Assembly (NCBI GenBank): GCA_025453445.1 | Contig: JALOQJ010000006.1 | Location: forward strand, 2,308-66,307 | Direction of reading: 5' to 3' | DNA length: 64,000 bases | From: Candidatus Omnitrophota bacterium | GTDB lineage: Bacteria > Omnitrophota > Gorgyraeia > Gygaellales > Profunditerraquicolaceae | Shown here: one piece after another, positions 44,538 through 54,678 of the stretch | How positions within the stretch are numbered: position 1 is the stretch's first letter | Layout of the letters: every line of letters starts with the position of its first letter | The notes under the pieces: model-generated | Database searches by the model: none | The model's input: only the letters and a program-made list of their open reading frames with translations | Told to the model about the DNA's origin: nothing | Translations under genes and position numbers: made by a program

Positions 44538-47291
44538 ATGAATGATATACCTACCCGCTATGATCCAAGGAAAACTGAAGATAAGTGGTATAAGCTTTGG
44601 GAAGATGAAAATTTATTTGCTGCAAAACCCAACTCAGACAAGAAACCATTCTGCGTAGTTATCCCGCCGCCAAATGTTACCGGTATCTTACACATGGGCC
44701 ATGCCCTGAATAATACTATTCAGGACATACTTATCCGCTACCATAGAATGCTCGGAGACGAATCACTTTGGATGCCCGGGACTGACCATGCTGGTATTGC
44801 TACTCAAAATGTAGTCGAGAAAGCTATTGCCAAAGAAGGATTAAAGCGGCAGGATTTAGGCAGGGAAAAATTTATTCAGCGGGTTTGGCTTTGGAGAGAA
44901 CAATATGGTTCAACGATCATCCATCAATTAAAAAAACTGGGCGCATCCTGCGATTGGCAGCGCCTGCGCTTTACCATGGATGAAGAATACTCAAAATCTG
45001 TAATTGATGTTTTTGTAAAATTATATGAAAAAGGCCTGATTTACCGCGGCAGTTACATTATTAACTGGTGCCCGCGCTGCCAGACTGCATTATCTGATGA
45101 AGAAGCTCCGCATCACGAATTACAGAGTAATTTATATTATTTACGCTATCCCCTGAAAGATAATCCTCAAGAATTCATAATAGTAGCAACTACACGGCCG
45201 GAAACCATGCTGGGCGACACTGCTGTGGCAGTTAATCCTAAAGATAGACGCTATAAGCATCTCGTCGGAAAAATTTTAATTCTGCCGTTAGTAAAGCGGG
45301 AAATTAGAATTATTGCTGACCCAATGGTGGATATGGAATTCGGTACTGGAGCGGTCAAAGTTACGCCTGCGCACGATCCCAATGATTATGCCTTAGGCAA
45401 AAAGCACGGGTTGGAATTTGTTAATGTAATGCATCCTGACGGTAAAATGAATGAATTTGCCGGCGACTATCAGGATATGGATAGATTTGAAGCCAGAGAA
45501 GTAATCTTAGAAGATTTATTAGAACAGAAACTCCTGGAAAAAATCACTCCTCATACTTTATCTGCGGGGCACTGCTACCGCTGCCACACAATAATCGAGC
45601 CCTATTTATCAAAGCAATGGTTTGTAAAAATGAAACCCTTGGCAAAACCGGCAATCGAAGCAGTTAAAAAGGGAAAAATTAAATTCCATCCTGATCGCTG
45701 GACTAAGGTCTATTTGAACTGGATGAAAAATATTCAGGATTGGTGTATCTCCCGTCAAATCTGGTGGGGGCACCGCCTGCCTGTATACTACTGTAAAAAC
45801 TGCCAGCAGTCAGCTATCAGCAAACAGCAATCAGCTAAAAACGAGTTGACAGCTGAAAGCAGAAAGCTGAAAGCTGAAGAAGGAGTCATTGTATCAAAAA
45901 TTAAACCAGCTAAGTGCCCTTATTGCGGATCTAACGAGATCTATCAAGACGAAGATGTCCTGGATACTTGGTTTTCTTCTTGGCTTTGGCCATTTGCCAC
46001 TTTTTATTGGCCTTTTCAGCAATCAGCTAAAAACGAGCTGACAGCTGAAAGCAACAAGCTGAAAGCTGAATTAGAATATTTTTACCCCACCTCAGTGCTT
46101 GTAACAGCCCCTGAAATTATCTTTTTCTGGGTAGCAAGAATGATTATGTCCGGCTTTGAGTTTATGGGTAAACTGCCCTTTAAAGACGTCTATATCCATG
46201 GCACAGTGCGCGATATCGAAGGTAAAAAAATGTCCAAGTCTCTCGGTAATATCATTGATCCGCTGGAAATTATCAATAAATACGGCACAGATGCCCTACG
46301 CTTCAGCCTGATTTCGATTACCGCAGAAGGCCAGGACGTTTTTCTCTCCAAAGAAAGATTTGAGCAAGGGAGAAACTTTGCCAATAAAATCTGGAATGCC
46401 TCAAGGTTTATTTTAATGAATTTAGAATCACCTCAAGACAAAGCCGATCTCTGCGTATTTTTTAAAAAAGAAAATCTCAGTTTAGTAAACCGTTGGATCT
46501 TAAGCCGTTTTTATTCTACGCTTAAAGCAATCAATAAAGACCTTGATAATTTTAAATTTAATGAAGCGGCTAACTTACTTTACGGATTTTTCTGGCATGA
46601 ATTCTGCGATTGGTATCTGGAACTAATCAAACCGGAAATAAAAACCAAGCAAAACCAGCTGGTGATGTATAAAATTTTGGAGAAATTCTTACGTGTAGCA
46701 CACCCATTTATGCCTTTTATCAGCGAAGAAATCTGGCATTTAATTAGAAACGAACAAGCTTCAAGCATTATGCTGCAACCATGGCCGCACATACAAGAGG
46801 AAATAATCGATAAAAAAGCGGAAATTGAGACAGAATTATTATTTAAAATTATCAGCGAAATCAGAAATCTGCGCATAGCAATCGAAGTAAAGCCCGAGCA
46901 AAGGGTAAATGTATCGCTTTATCCGCATACAAAAGCTATTGCCAGCCTCTTGGAGCAAAATTCTGCCTTATTGATTAATCTGGCAAAGATTGAAAAATTG
47001 GAATTGCTGAAAAAAAACTTAAGGCCTGATGCGACAATTACCTCAGTAGCGGAAGATATAGATATTTACCTGCACTTCAGCGGCCTCTTGGATATTGCCG
47101 CCGAGCAACAGAAAATCAAAGACAAAATTTCGCTGCTTGAAAAAAGCTTAAACGGTAAAAACAGCAGGTTATCTAATAAAGAATTTATGAAAAATGCTCC
47201 GGAAGATATCATTGTTAAGGAAAAAGAAAGCCGCGACAAGCTAATTGCTGAAATAAAACGTCTGGAGAAGATGCAAAATGAGCTGTGTTAA
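44538..47291 (+). CDS. valS: valyl-tRNA synthetase, carrying two in-frame ~18-aa repeat insertions
   Basis: HMGH and KMSKS class I motifs, anticodon-binding and C-terminal coiled coil; 917 aa. Confidence 0.95.
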   Translation: MNDIPTRYDPRKTEDKWYKLWEDENLFAAKPNSDKKPFCVVIPPPNVTGILHMGHALNNTIQDILIRYHRMLGDESLWMPGTDHAGIATQNVVEKAIAKEGLKRQDLGREKFIQRVWLWREQYGSTIIHQLKKLGASCDWQRLRFTMDEEYSKSVIDVFVKLYEKGLIYRGSYIINWCPRCQTALSDEEAPHHELQSNLYYLRYPLKDNPQEFIIVATTRPETMLGDTAVAVNPKDRRYKHLVGKILILPLVKREIRIIADPMVDMEFGTGAVKVTPAHDPNDYALGKKHGLEFVNVMHPDGKMNEFAGDYQDMDRFEAREVILEDLLEQKLLEKITPHTLSAGHCYRCHTIIEPYLSKQWFVKMKPLAKPAIEAVKKGKIKFHPDRWTKVYLNWMKNIQDWCISRQIWWGHRLPVYYCKNCQQSAISKQQSAKNELTAESRKLKAEEGVIVSKIKPAKCPYCGSNEIYQDEDVLDTWFSSWLWPFATFYWPFQQSAKNELTAESNKLKAELEYFYPTSVLVTAPEIIFFWVARMIMSGFEFMGKLPFKDVYIHGTVRDIEGKKMSKSLGNIIDPLEIINKYGTDALRFSLISITAEGQDVFLSKERFEQGRNFANKIWNASRFILMNLESPQDKADLCVFFKKENLSLVNRWILSRFYSTLKAINKDLDNFKFNEAANLLYGFFWHEFCDWYLELIKPEIKTKQNQLVMYKILEKFLRVAHPFMPFISEEIWHLIRNEQASSIMLQPWPHIQEEIIDKKAEIETELLFKIISEIRNLRIAIEVKPEQRVNVSLYPHTKAIASLLEQNSALLINLAKIEKLELLKKNLRPDATITSVAEDIDIYLHFSGLLDIAAEQQKIKDKISLLEKSLNGKNSRLSNKEFMKNAPEDIIVKEKESRDKLIAEIKRLEKMQNELC
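45824..45877 (+). repeat. 54-nt intragenic repeat copy 1 in valS (encodes QQSAKNELTAESRKLKAE)
   Basis: cagcaatcagctaaaaacgagttgacagctgaaagcagaaagctgaaagctgaa; ~51/54 identical to copy 2. Confidence 0.85.
46019..46072 (+). repeat. 54-nt intragenic repeat copy 2 in valS (encodes QQSAKNELTAESNKLKAE)
   Basis: cagcaatcagctaaaaacgagctgacagctgaaagcaacaagctgaaagctgaa. Confidence 0.85.
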
Positions 47292-48117
47292 AGAAATTGA
47301 CTTAAAAGCTCTGATTCAATTTGCTCTAAAAGAGGATATTGGTTCAGGGGATATCACTAGCGAGGCCTTTATTCCAAAAAATAAATTCGTAAAAGCTGTG
47401 CTACTGGCAAAAGAACCCTGCATAATTTGCGGCCTGCATGTAGCGCAAACCGCCTTTAATACGCTGGATAAAACTATCCATTTCAAACCCCTGATAAAAG
47501 ATGGCGCTAAAGTGAAAAAAGATAAGGTAATTGCGCGCATTGAAGGAAATGCGAGGAGCATCTTAAGCGCAGAGAGAGTAGCGCTTAATTTTCTGGCGCA
47601 TCTTTCAGGGATAGCCACGCTCACCAGAAAATTTGTCGAAGCAGTGAAACCTGCTTATGTCAAAATTATCGATACCCGCAAAACTATCCCCGGCTTGCGC
47701 CTTTTACAAAAATATGCCGTAAGATGCGGCGGAGGATATAACCACCGTTTCAGCCTTGATGAAATGCTGATGATAAAGGATAATCATCTCAAAATCATCA
47801 AAAGCTATGGATTCCTCAGGCTTAAACCGGGAAACAAAAGAAAAAAACTTGAATGCGAAGTAACGAGTTTAAAGGAATTCAAGGAGGCGCTTGAATTACA
47901 GCCTGATATTATTATGCTGGATAATATGACTTTAAAAAAAATGCGTTCTGCTGTGCTGACTAACCGTAAATCCGCTCATCCGATAATCTTAGAGGCATCC
48001 GGAGGCATCAACTTAAAAAATATAAAAAAAGTCGCCTCAAGCGGAATCAATCTTATTTCCATCGGCGCATTAACTCATTCTGCGCCATCCAGCGATATAA
48101 GTCTCGAAATTAAATAA
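47278..48117 (+). CDS. nadC: nicotinate-nucleotide pyrophosphorylase (quinolinate phosphoribosyltransferase)
   Basis: QPRTase family pattern; 279 aa. Confidence 0.85.
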   Translation: MSCVKEIDLKALIQFALKEDIGSGDITSEAFIPKNKFVKAVLLAKEPCIICGLHVAQTAFNTLDKTIHFKPLIKDGAKVKKDKVIARIEGNARSILSAERVALNFLAHLSGIATLTRKFVEAVKPAYVKIIDTRKTIPGLRLLQKYAVRCGGGYNHRFSLDEMLMIKDNHLKIIKSYGFLRLKPGNKRKKLECEVTSLKEFKEALELQPDIIMLDNMTLKKMRSAVLTNRKSAHPIILEASGGINLKNIKKVASSGINLISIGALTHSAPSSDISLEIK

Positions 48118-48139
48118 GAGAAAGTAAGTTATCCACAGA

Positions 48140-48165
48140 GTAGGGGACGTTTAAACGTCCCCTAC
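48140..48165. repeat. perfect 11-bp-stem palindrome gtaggggacgt-ttaa-acgtcccctac between nadC and uvrB
   Basis: Self-complementary sequence, no T-tract; possible RNA hairpin or protein-binding site. Confidence 0.5.
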
Positions 48166-48177
48166 CAGAGATTATTC

Positions 48178-50145
48178 ATGGAAGACTTTAAATTAGTTTC
48201 ACAATTTAGGCCCTGCGGCGACCAGCCTAAGGCAATCAGGGAATTAACCAAATCCATTACTTCCGGAAAAAGATACCAGACTTTACTGGGGGTCACTGGC
48301 TCAGGAAAAACTTTTACTTTAGCCAATGCTATCGCCCAAATAAACCTGCCTACCCTGGTAATTTCACATAATAAAACACTTGCCGCGCAATTATACTCTG
48401 AATTTAAAGAATTTTTTCCCCATAATGCCGTGGAATATTTTGTCAGCTATTATGATTACTACCAGCCCGAGGCATATGTTCCTTCTACTGATACCTACAT
48501 AGAAAAAGACGCTTCTATCAATGACAGGCTTGACCGGCTGCGGCTTTCAGCAACTACTTCCTTAATGAGCCGCAAAGACGTAATTATTGTAGCTTCAGTA
48601 TCCTGTATTTATAACCTCGGCAGTCCTGATGATTACCGGGATATGCTTGTATTTATCAGAAAGGGCGAAAGCATTGCCCGCGATGAACTTATTTTAAAAC
48701 TGATTCAGATACAATACGTTCGAAATGATTATGAATTTGTGCGCGGAAAAATCAGGGTAAGAGGCGACAGCCTTGAGGTATTTCCTTCCTACGGCGAGAT
48801 TGCTTTGCGCCTTGAATTATCGGGCGAGAAAATAGAGAAAATCAGCGAGATTGACCCTTTATCCGGCAAAACTTTAAACCAACTAGACAAAACCGCGATT
48901 TATCCGGCCAAGCATTTTATCGTCTCTGGAGATAAAATCGAAGGTGCAGTGAAATCCATTAGGCAAGAATTAGAGCAACAGCTTAAATTCTTAAGAAATA
49001 AAAATAAACTACTGGAGGCGCAGCGCCTTGAATCGCGCACTAATTATGACTTGGAAATGCTCAAAGAAATAGGTTATTGCCACGGAATCGAAAACTATTC
49101 CCGGCATCTCAGTGCCAGGCCTGCGGGTTCCCGGCCATTCTGTATGATTGATTATTTTCCCGCTGATTTTCTTACTATTATCGATGAATCGCATGTCACT
49201 GTGCCGCAAATTAGAGGAATGTATGAAGGTGATCGTGCCAGAAAAAGGATTCTGGTTGATTATGGTTTCCGGCTCCCCTCCTGCATGGAAAACCGGCCAT
49301 TAAAATTTGAAGAATTCGACAGCCTGATAAAAAAAGAAGTATTTGTTTCTGCCACGCCCGACGAATACGAACTTAAAAAAAGCAAAGATAAGCCGATTGA
49401 GCAAATTATTCGGCCAACAGGCTTAATTGACCCGGAGATTATAATTAACCCGTCGGAAAACCAGCTCGATGATTTAATCGAAGAGGTGAAAGCGCGCGCT
49501 AAAAATGATGAACGAACGCTAGTAACCACGCTCACCAAAAGAATGGCAGAAGACTTAACAACTTATCTACAGGAAAGGGGCCTGAAGGTAAAATATTTAC
49601 ATTCCGAAGTAAAAACCATAGACCGGTCAAAAATTTTAAGGGAATTGAGGCAGAAAAATTTTGACTGCCTTGTTGGGATAAACTTATTGCGCGAAGGGCT
49701 CGATTTACCTGAGGTATCATTAGTGGCAATCCTTGATGCGGATAAAGAAGGTTTTTTGCGCTCAGCAACCAGCTTAATTCAGGTTGCCGGCCGCGCAGCC
49801 CGTAATATCAATGGTAAAGTAATCATGTACGCGGACACAATTACCCGCTCTATGAAAAAAGCAATCGGCGAAAGCAACCGCAGAAGAATAATACAATTAG
49901 AATTTAACAAGAAAAATAACATTACGCCGCGCTCAATTCAAAAAGCAATCAAACAAGGTATCGAAGACTTGGAGGAAACCGAGAATTTTATCCAGGGCCT
50001 GACCGGAATGAATAAAGAAGAATATGAGTTGAATAAATTTATTGCCGAGTTAGAATATGAAATGGAGCTGGCTAGCCGTAACTTACAGTTTGAAAAAGCA
50101 GCCATTTTAAGAGATAAAATCAGGGAGTTAAAACCAAATCTATGA
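48178..50145 (+). CDS. uvrB: excinuclease ABC subunit B
   Basis: Walker A GVTGSGKTFT, helicase motifs, C-terminal UVR domain; 655 aa. Confidence 0.95.
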   Translation: MEDFKLVSQFRPCGDQPKAIRELTKSITSGKRYQTLLGVTGSGKTFTLANAIAQINLPTLVISHNKTLAAQLYSEFKEFFPHNAVEYFVSYYDYYQPEAYVPSTDTYIEKDASINDRLDRLRLSATTSLMSRKDVIIVASVSCIYNLGSPDDYRDMLVFIRKGESIARDELILKLIQIQYVRNDYEFVRGKIRVRGDSLEVFPSYGEIALRLELSGEKIEKISEIDPLSGKTLNQLDKTAIYPAKHFIVSGDKIEGAVKSIRQELEQQLKFLRNKNKLLEAQRLESRTNYDLEMLKEIGYCHGIENYSRHLSARPAGSRPFCMIDYFPADFLTIIDESHVTVPQIRGMYEGDRARKRILVDYGFRLPSCMENRPLKFEEFDSLIKKEVFVSATPDEYELKKSKDKPIEQIIRPTGLIDPEIIINPSENQLDDLIEEVKARAKNDERTLVTTLTKRMAEDLTTYLQERGLKVKYLHSEVKTIDRSKILRELRQKNFDCLVGINLLREGLDLPEVSLVAILDADKEGFLRSATSLIQVAGRAARNINGKVIMYADTITRSMKKAIGESNRRRIIQLEFNKKNNITPRSIQKAIKQGIEDLEETENFIQGLTGMNKEEYELNKFIAELEYEMELASRNLQFEKAAILRDKIRELKPNL

Positions 50146-50879
50146 ATTTATTAGCTGTTGACATCGGAAATACTAATATAAATTTCGGGATTTTTTGCAA
50201 AAATAAACTTGCCAGAGAATTCAGCATGCCTACAAGGGATTATAACCTGAAATCATTCAAGCGAATGCTTGGTAAAAGCTGCATCAACGATACGGTAATT
50301 TGCAGCGTAGTGCCGGATGTTACCGGAATACTTGCAATTGATTTAAAAAAAATTACAGGCAGTAAACCATATATTATAGGTAAGAACCTGGCTATACCTG
50401 TAAAAAATCTTTACCGCAAACCCAAACAAGTAGGCCAGGATCGGCTGGTAAATGCCTATGCCGGAATAAAACTGTTCGGCTCACCCCTGATCGTGGTTGA
50501 TTTCGGCACAGCAATTACTTTTGATGTAGTCTCAAAAAATAAAGAATACATGGGAGGCATGATTATTCCCGGCTTAAAAATATCCTTAAATACTTTAGCG
50601 CAAAATACCGCTTTGCTGCCAAAAATAAATTTGCAAAAACCTTCTGAGTTTATTGGCCGCGATACAAAAAGCAGTATGCTCAGCGGATTAGTTTACGGTT
50701 TTGCAGCACTTACCGATGATTTGGCTAAAAGAATAAAACAAAAAATCGGCAGGCATGCTAAAGTAATCGGCACAGGCGGGAATATCCGTTTAATCGCTAA
50801 ATTCTGCCAAGAAATAAATACAGTCGACCCTTATCTGACTCTGAAAGGATTGTTATTGGCTTACAATAACAGGAGGTGA
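50142..50879 (+). CDS. coaX: type III pantothenate kinase
   Basis: MNLLAVDIGNTNINFGIF N-terminus; 245 aa. Confidence 0.9.
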   Translation: MNLLAVDIGNTNINFGIFCKNKLAREFSMPTRDYNLKSFKRMLGKSCINDTVICSVVPDVTGILAIDLKKITGSKPYIIGKNLAIPVKNLYRKPKQVGQDRLVNAYAGIKLFGSPLIVVDFGTAITFDVVSKNKEYMGGMIIPGLKISLNTLAQNTALLPKINLQKPSEFIGRDTKSSMLSGLVYGFAALTDDLAKRIKQKIGRHAKVIGTGGNIRLIAKFCQEINTVDPYLTLKGLLLAYNNRR

Positions 50880-50883
50880 TCTA

Positions 50884-51888
50884 ATGTCAGAATTACGCTA
50901 TAACCTGATTTCACGTGAACTGGTAATCATTGCCACTGAACGCGCAAAACGGCCGGAAGATTTTAAAAAAGCAAAAAAAGAAAAAATAGAGCTGCCGGAA
51001 TATAGAGCAGACTGCCCTTTTTGCCCAAAAAACGAAAAACTATCCCCTCCGGAAACTTTTTCTATTCTCAACGGAAATTCATGGAGAACGCGGGTAATCC
51101 CCAATAAATTCAGCGCACTTTCACCCGATGCCTCAAGAATTCGCACTAATAAAAGCGTTTACTACCGTAAAATTGACGGTTATGGCTTTCATGAAGTAAT
51201 TATTGAACACCCGAAACACAATATGATTATCGCGCTAATGTCTTACCAAGACGTTGAAAATATCATAAAAACCTACCACGCGCGCTATACCGATATTCAG
51301 AATAAAGAAGGCATTGAAGCGATTGTTATTTTTAAAAATCACGGGCCCTCAGCAGGAACATCTCAGGAACATCCGCATTCTCAGTTGATCGCCACACCAG
51401 TAGTGCCGCCTCAAATAAGAGAGCGCGTAGAACAATCAACAAGATTTTATGACGGTACAGGCCAGTGCATGTTTTGCGTAAGTTTAGACGAAGAGCTAAA
51501 AGATGATAAAAAGAGAATAGTTACCGAAACTGAGCATTTTGTTTCTCTGATTCCCTATGCTACTTTATCGCCGTTTGCCACGCGAGTTACCCCTAAAAGA
51601 CACATGCCTTCTTTTGCCGATATTAACGAAGCTGAAATAAAGGACCTGGCGATTAATTTAAAAGATACTCTTGCAAAGCTCTATTACGGACTGGACAATC
51701 CGGATTTCAACTATACTATCCGTTCTATTCCGGTGCACGAATATGGACGGGATTATTTTCACTGGTACTTAAGCATTATCCCGCGCATCAGCCGGCCTGC
51801 GGGATTTGAACTTGGCTCAGGCATATTTATTAATTCCTCTTTACCGGAGGAAGGCGCGGCATTTTTAAGACAAGTAAAAATACCGTAG
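50884..51888 (+). CDS. galT: galactose-1-phosphate uridylyltransferase family protein (HIT-like)
   Basis: CPFCP zinc motif and HPHSQ (HxHxQ) active site; 334 aa. Confidence 0.8.
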   Translation: MSELRYNLISRELVIIATERAKRPEDFKKAKKEKIELPEYRADCPFCPKNEKLSPPETFSILNGNSWRTRVIPNKFSALSPDASRIRTNKSVYYRKIDGYGFHEVIIEHPKHNMIIALMSYQDVENIIKTYHARYTDIQNKEGIEAIVIFKNHGPSAGTSQEHPHSQLIATPVVPPQIRERVEQSTRFYDGTGQCMFCVSLDEELKDDKKRIVTETEHFVSLIPYATLSPFATRVTPKRHMPSFADINEAEIKDLAINLKDTLAKLYYGLDNPDFNYTIRSIPVHEYGRDYFHWYLSIIPRISRPAGFELGSGIFINSSLPEEGAAFLRQVKIP

Positions 51889-51956
51889 ATTGTCATTATG
51901 ACACAATTAAAATTAATATTGCATAACATCCTTATTATGGTAAACTGAATAAAGTT

Positions 51957-52460
51957 ATGAAAAATATTGTCCTATTATTCCTGATTTTAAACTTTCTATC
52001 CGGCTGCGCCAGTTATAAATACCAGAAGAGCCAGTCTACTACAGGCAATACTGTCTACCTTGTAGCGCGGGATGATAAGGTTATCCCGGAATATACAATT
52101 GGCCCGGATAAAACTTATCCCGACTTAAAAGTTGCTCAAGAACGTTTTAAGAGGCGCCGGGGAATGGTTGAATATTACTATAAGAATATGAACTATATCA
52201 TGAACCGTTTTCACGAAGGAGTAGATGTCTATGGCGGGCTAATACTAGGCATGGCAACAGCCCCATTCCGCACGCCTTTTGTGGCAGTTGGGGATTACCG
52301 CTATAACCATAATCCGCAGTATAAAGAAAAAGTTGACGCGATATATGCGAAGGAAGATGCGGATGAAGAAGCGCGTATTGCCAAGCTAAAAGTAGCCCTA
52401 AACGATTACATGCAAAAGGATTTCGCCTTAGAAGAAAAGAAGCAACCAACGGAAAAATAA
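51957..52460 (+). CDS. lipoprotein of unknown function
   Basis: Lipobox LSGC after signal peptide; 167 aa. Confidence 0.65.
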   Translation: MKNIVLLFLILNFLSGCASYKYQKSQSTTGNTVYLVARDDKVIPEYTIGPDKTYPDLKVAQERFKRRRGMVEYYYKNMNYIMNRFHEGVDVYGGLILGMATAPFRTPFVAVGDYRYNHNPQYKEKVDAIYAKEDADEEARIAKLKVALNDYMQKDFALEEKKQPTEK

Positions 52461-52468
52461 AAAAATAC

Positions 52469-52496
52469 TTGACAAGAATTTTTTTTTCTTTATAAT
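52469..52496 (+). promoter_or_regulatory. sigma70-like promoter of groES-groEL (TTGACA-16nt-TATAAT)
   Basis: TTGACA 52469-52474, TATAAT 52491-52496. Confidence 0.6.
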
Positions 52497-52522
52497 TGGC
52501 ACTCTTGAGTAAGGACTGCTAA
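52496..52522 (+). promoter_or_regulatory. CIRCE-like operator (HrcA binding site) overlapping groES promoter
   Basis: TTGGCACTC-N9-GACTGCTAA vs consensus TTAGCACTC-N9-GAGTGCTAA (one mismatch per arm). Confidence 0.7.
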
Positions 52523-52558
52523 CAAAAACAAATATTTTATTACAGGAGGTGTAGAAGC

Positions 52559-52849
52559 ATGGATATCAAACCATTAGGAGACAGAGTGGTAATTAAACCC
52601 TTGGAGGCGGAAACTAAAACCAAAGGCGGCATTGTCCTGCCTGATACTGCCAAGGAAAAACCCCAAGAGGGAAAAGTCATCGCAGTAGGAAAAGGCAAAA
52701 CACTTGATAACGGAACTTTACAGGCTTTAGAAGTCAAGGTAGGAGACAAGGTATTATACGGCAAATATTCCGGCAACGAAATTACCAACAAAGAAGGCGA
52801 AGAACTATTAATTATGCGCGAAGATGATATTCTCGCGATTATCAAATAA
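52559..52849 (+). CDS. groES: co-chaperonin GroES
   Basis: 96 aa; typical GroES sequence; SD GGAGGTG. Confidence 0.95.
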   Translation: MDIKPLGDRVVIKPLEAETKTKGGIVLPDTAKEKPQEGKVIAVGKGKTLDNGTLQALEVKVGDKVLYGKYSGNEITNKEGEELLIMREDDILAIIK

Positions 52850-52867
52850 GAAGGAGAGTGAAGAATT

Positions 52868-54505
52868 ATGGCAAAGCAACTTTTATACAGTGATGAAGCA
52901 CGCCGGAAAATTTTAAGCGGCGTTGAACAATTAGCTGCTGCAGTTAAAGTAACTTTAGGGCCCAAAGGCCGCAATGTGGTAATTGATAAAAAATTCGGCT
53001 CACCCACTATCACCAAAGACGGTGTTACAGTAGCAAAAGAAATTGACCTTGAAGATCCTTTTGAAAATATGGGCGCCCAGATGGTCAAAGAAGTCGCGGA
53101 AAAAACTTCTGATATCGCTGGTGACGGCACCACTACAGCTACTATATTAGCAGAATCAATTTTTCGCGAAGGCCTAAAGAACGTTACTGCCGGCGCAAAC
53201 CCAATGGCTTTAAAGCGCGGGATTGAAAAAGCAGTCGAAAAAGTCGTCGAGGAACTTGGCAAACTTTCTACACCGATTAAAGATAAAAAAGAAATTGCTC
53301 AGGTCGCTACTATTGCCGCAAATTCCGACAATGCAATCGGCGAATTAATTGCCGAAGCAATGGACAAGGTCGGTAAAGACGGAGTAATTACCGTTGAAGA
53401 AGCAAAATCAACTGCCACTACTTTAGATGTAGTAGAAGGTATGCAGTTTGATCAAGGATATCTTTCTCCGTATTTTGTCACAGACGCAGAAAGAATGGAA
53501 GTGCTCTTAGAAGATCCTTTTATTTTGATTTATGAGAAAAAGATTTCCTCAATCAAGGACATCCTGCCTTTGCTTGAGAAAATCGCCCGTGTGGGAAAAC
53601 CGCTTCTAATCGTAGCAGAAGAAGTTGAAGGCGAAGCATTAGCTACATTAGTAGTAAACAAAATCCGCGGTACTTTTGTTGCTTGCGCAGTTAAGGCTCC
53701 CGGATACGGAGACAGGCGCAAAGCCATGCTTGAGGATATTGCCATTCTTACCGGAGGCAAAGCAATCACCGAAGACCTCGGTATCAAGCTAGAGAATATC
53801 GAAGTAGAAGACCTGGGCCGGGCAAAGAAAGTCAAAATAGACAAGGAAAATACCACTATTGTCGAAGGCGTAGGAAAACCTGCTGCGATTAATGCCAGGA
53901 TCGCCCAGATCAAGAAACAAATCGAAGGTACTGATTCTGATTATGATAAAGAGAAACTTCAAGAACGTTTGGCAAAAATCGCCGGCGGAGTTGCTGTGAT
54001 TAATGTCGGCGCTGCCACAGAAACTGAAATGAAAGAGAAAAAATCCAGGGTAGAAGATGCCCTACATGCAACTCGTGCCGCATCACAAGAAGGGATTGTT
54101 CCTGGCGGCGGAGTAGCATTAGTGCGCGCTATCGCTGCTTTGGATAAATTCAAGCTTGATGGTGATGAAAAAATCGGCGTGGCAATTGTCAAACGCGCGA
54201 TTGAGGAACCTTTAAGGCAGATCGTGGAAAACGCCGGACTTGAAGGCTCAGTAGTAGCACAACGCATTAAAACAGAAAAAACCAATGTTGGTTATGATGT
54301 TAATCAAGATGCATATGTAGACATGATTGAGGCGGGAGTAATTGATCCTACGAAAGTTACCCGTTCAGCATTACAAAACGCTTCCAGCATTGCAGCCTTG
54401 TTATTAACTACCGAAGCATTAATCGCTGACAAGCCGGAAAAGGAAGATAAGATGCCTCCAATGCCGGGCGGCGGAATGCCAAGTGGCATGGGCGGAATGT
54501 ATTAA
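52868..54505 (+). CDS. groEL: chaperonin GroEL
   Basis: 545 aa; [10 protein letters not shown] motif; C-terminal GGM repeats. Confidence 0.97.
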   Translation: MAKQLLYSDEARRKILSGVEQLAAAVKVTLGPKGRNVVIDKKFGSPTITKDGVTVAKEIDLEDPFENMGAQMVKEVAEKTSDIAGDGTTTATILAESIFREGLKNVTAGANPMALKRGIEKAVEKVVEELGKLSTPIKDKKEIAQVATIAANSDNAIGELIAEAMDKVGKDGVITVEEAKSTATTLDVVEGMQFDQGYLSPYFVTDAERMEVLLEDPFILIYEKKISSIKDILPLLEKIARVGKPLLIVAEEVEGEALATLVVNKIRGTFVACAVKAPGYGDRRKAMLEDIAILTGGKAITEDLGIKLENIEVEDLGRAKKVKIDKENTTIVEGVGKPAAINARIAQIKKQIEGTDSDYDKEKLQERLAKIAGGVAVINVGAATETEMKEKKSRVEDALHATRAASQEGIVPGGGVALVRAIAALDKFKLDGDEKIGVAIVKRAIEEPLRQIVENAGLEGSVVAQRIKTEKTNVGYDVNQDAYVDMIEAGVIDPTKVTRSALQNASSIAALLLTTEALIADKPEKEDKMPPMPGGGMPSGMGGMY

Positions 54506-54528
54506 AAAGTTGCAAATAAACAACAAAA

Positions 54529-54563
54529 AGGACGATTCTTGAAAGAGAATCGTCCTTTTTTTA
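54529..54563 (+). terminator. rho-independent terminator after groEL
   Basis: ggacgattct-tgaaag-agaatcgtcc followed by TTTTTTT. Confidence 0.85.
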
Positions 54564-54678
54564 ATTTAAAAAAAATATTGACAAAAACCCATTCTTAGTG
54601 TAAAATTCAATATTCTTATCGGAGGACCCTTCATTTCTAAACCATTGATAAATAATAAGTTATAAGGAGAGTAAGAAA

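Noticed and set aside
52540-53262. 240-aa antisense ORF opposite groES/groEL, plus other antisense ORFs inside groEL (53530..53913, 53959..54285, 54304..54489)
   Set aside because: They lie fully within and antisense to the highly conserved groES/groEL genes. Their low-complexity Ser/Pro/Ala-rich translations are typical of non-coding antisense frames.
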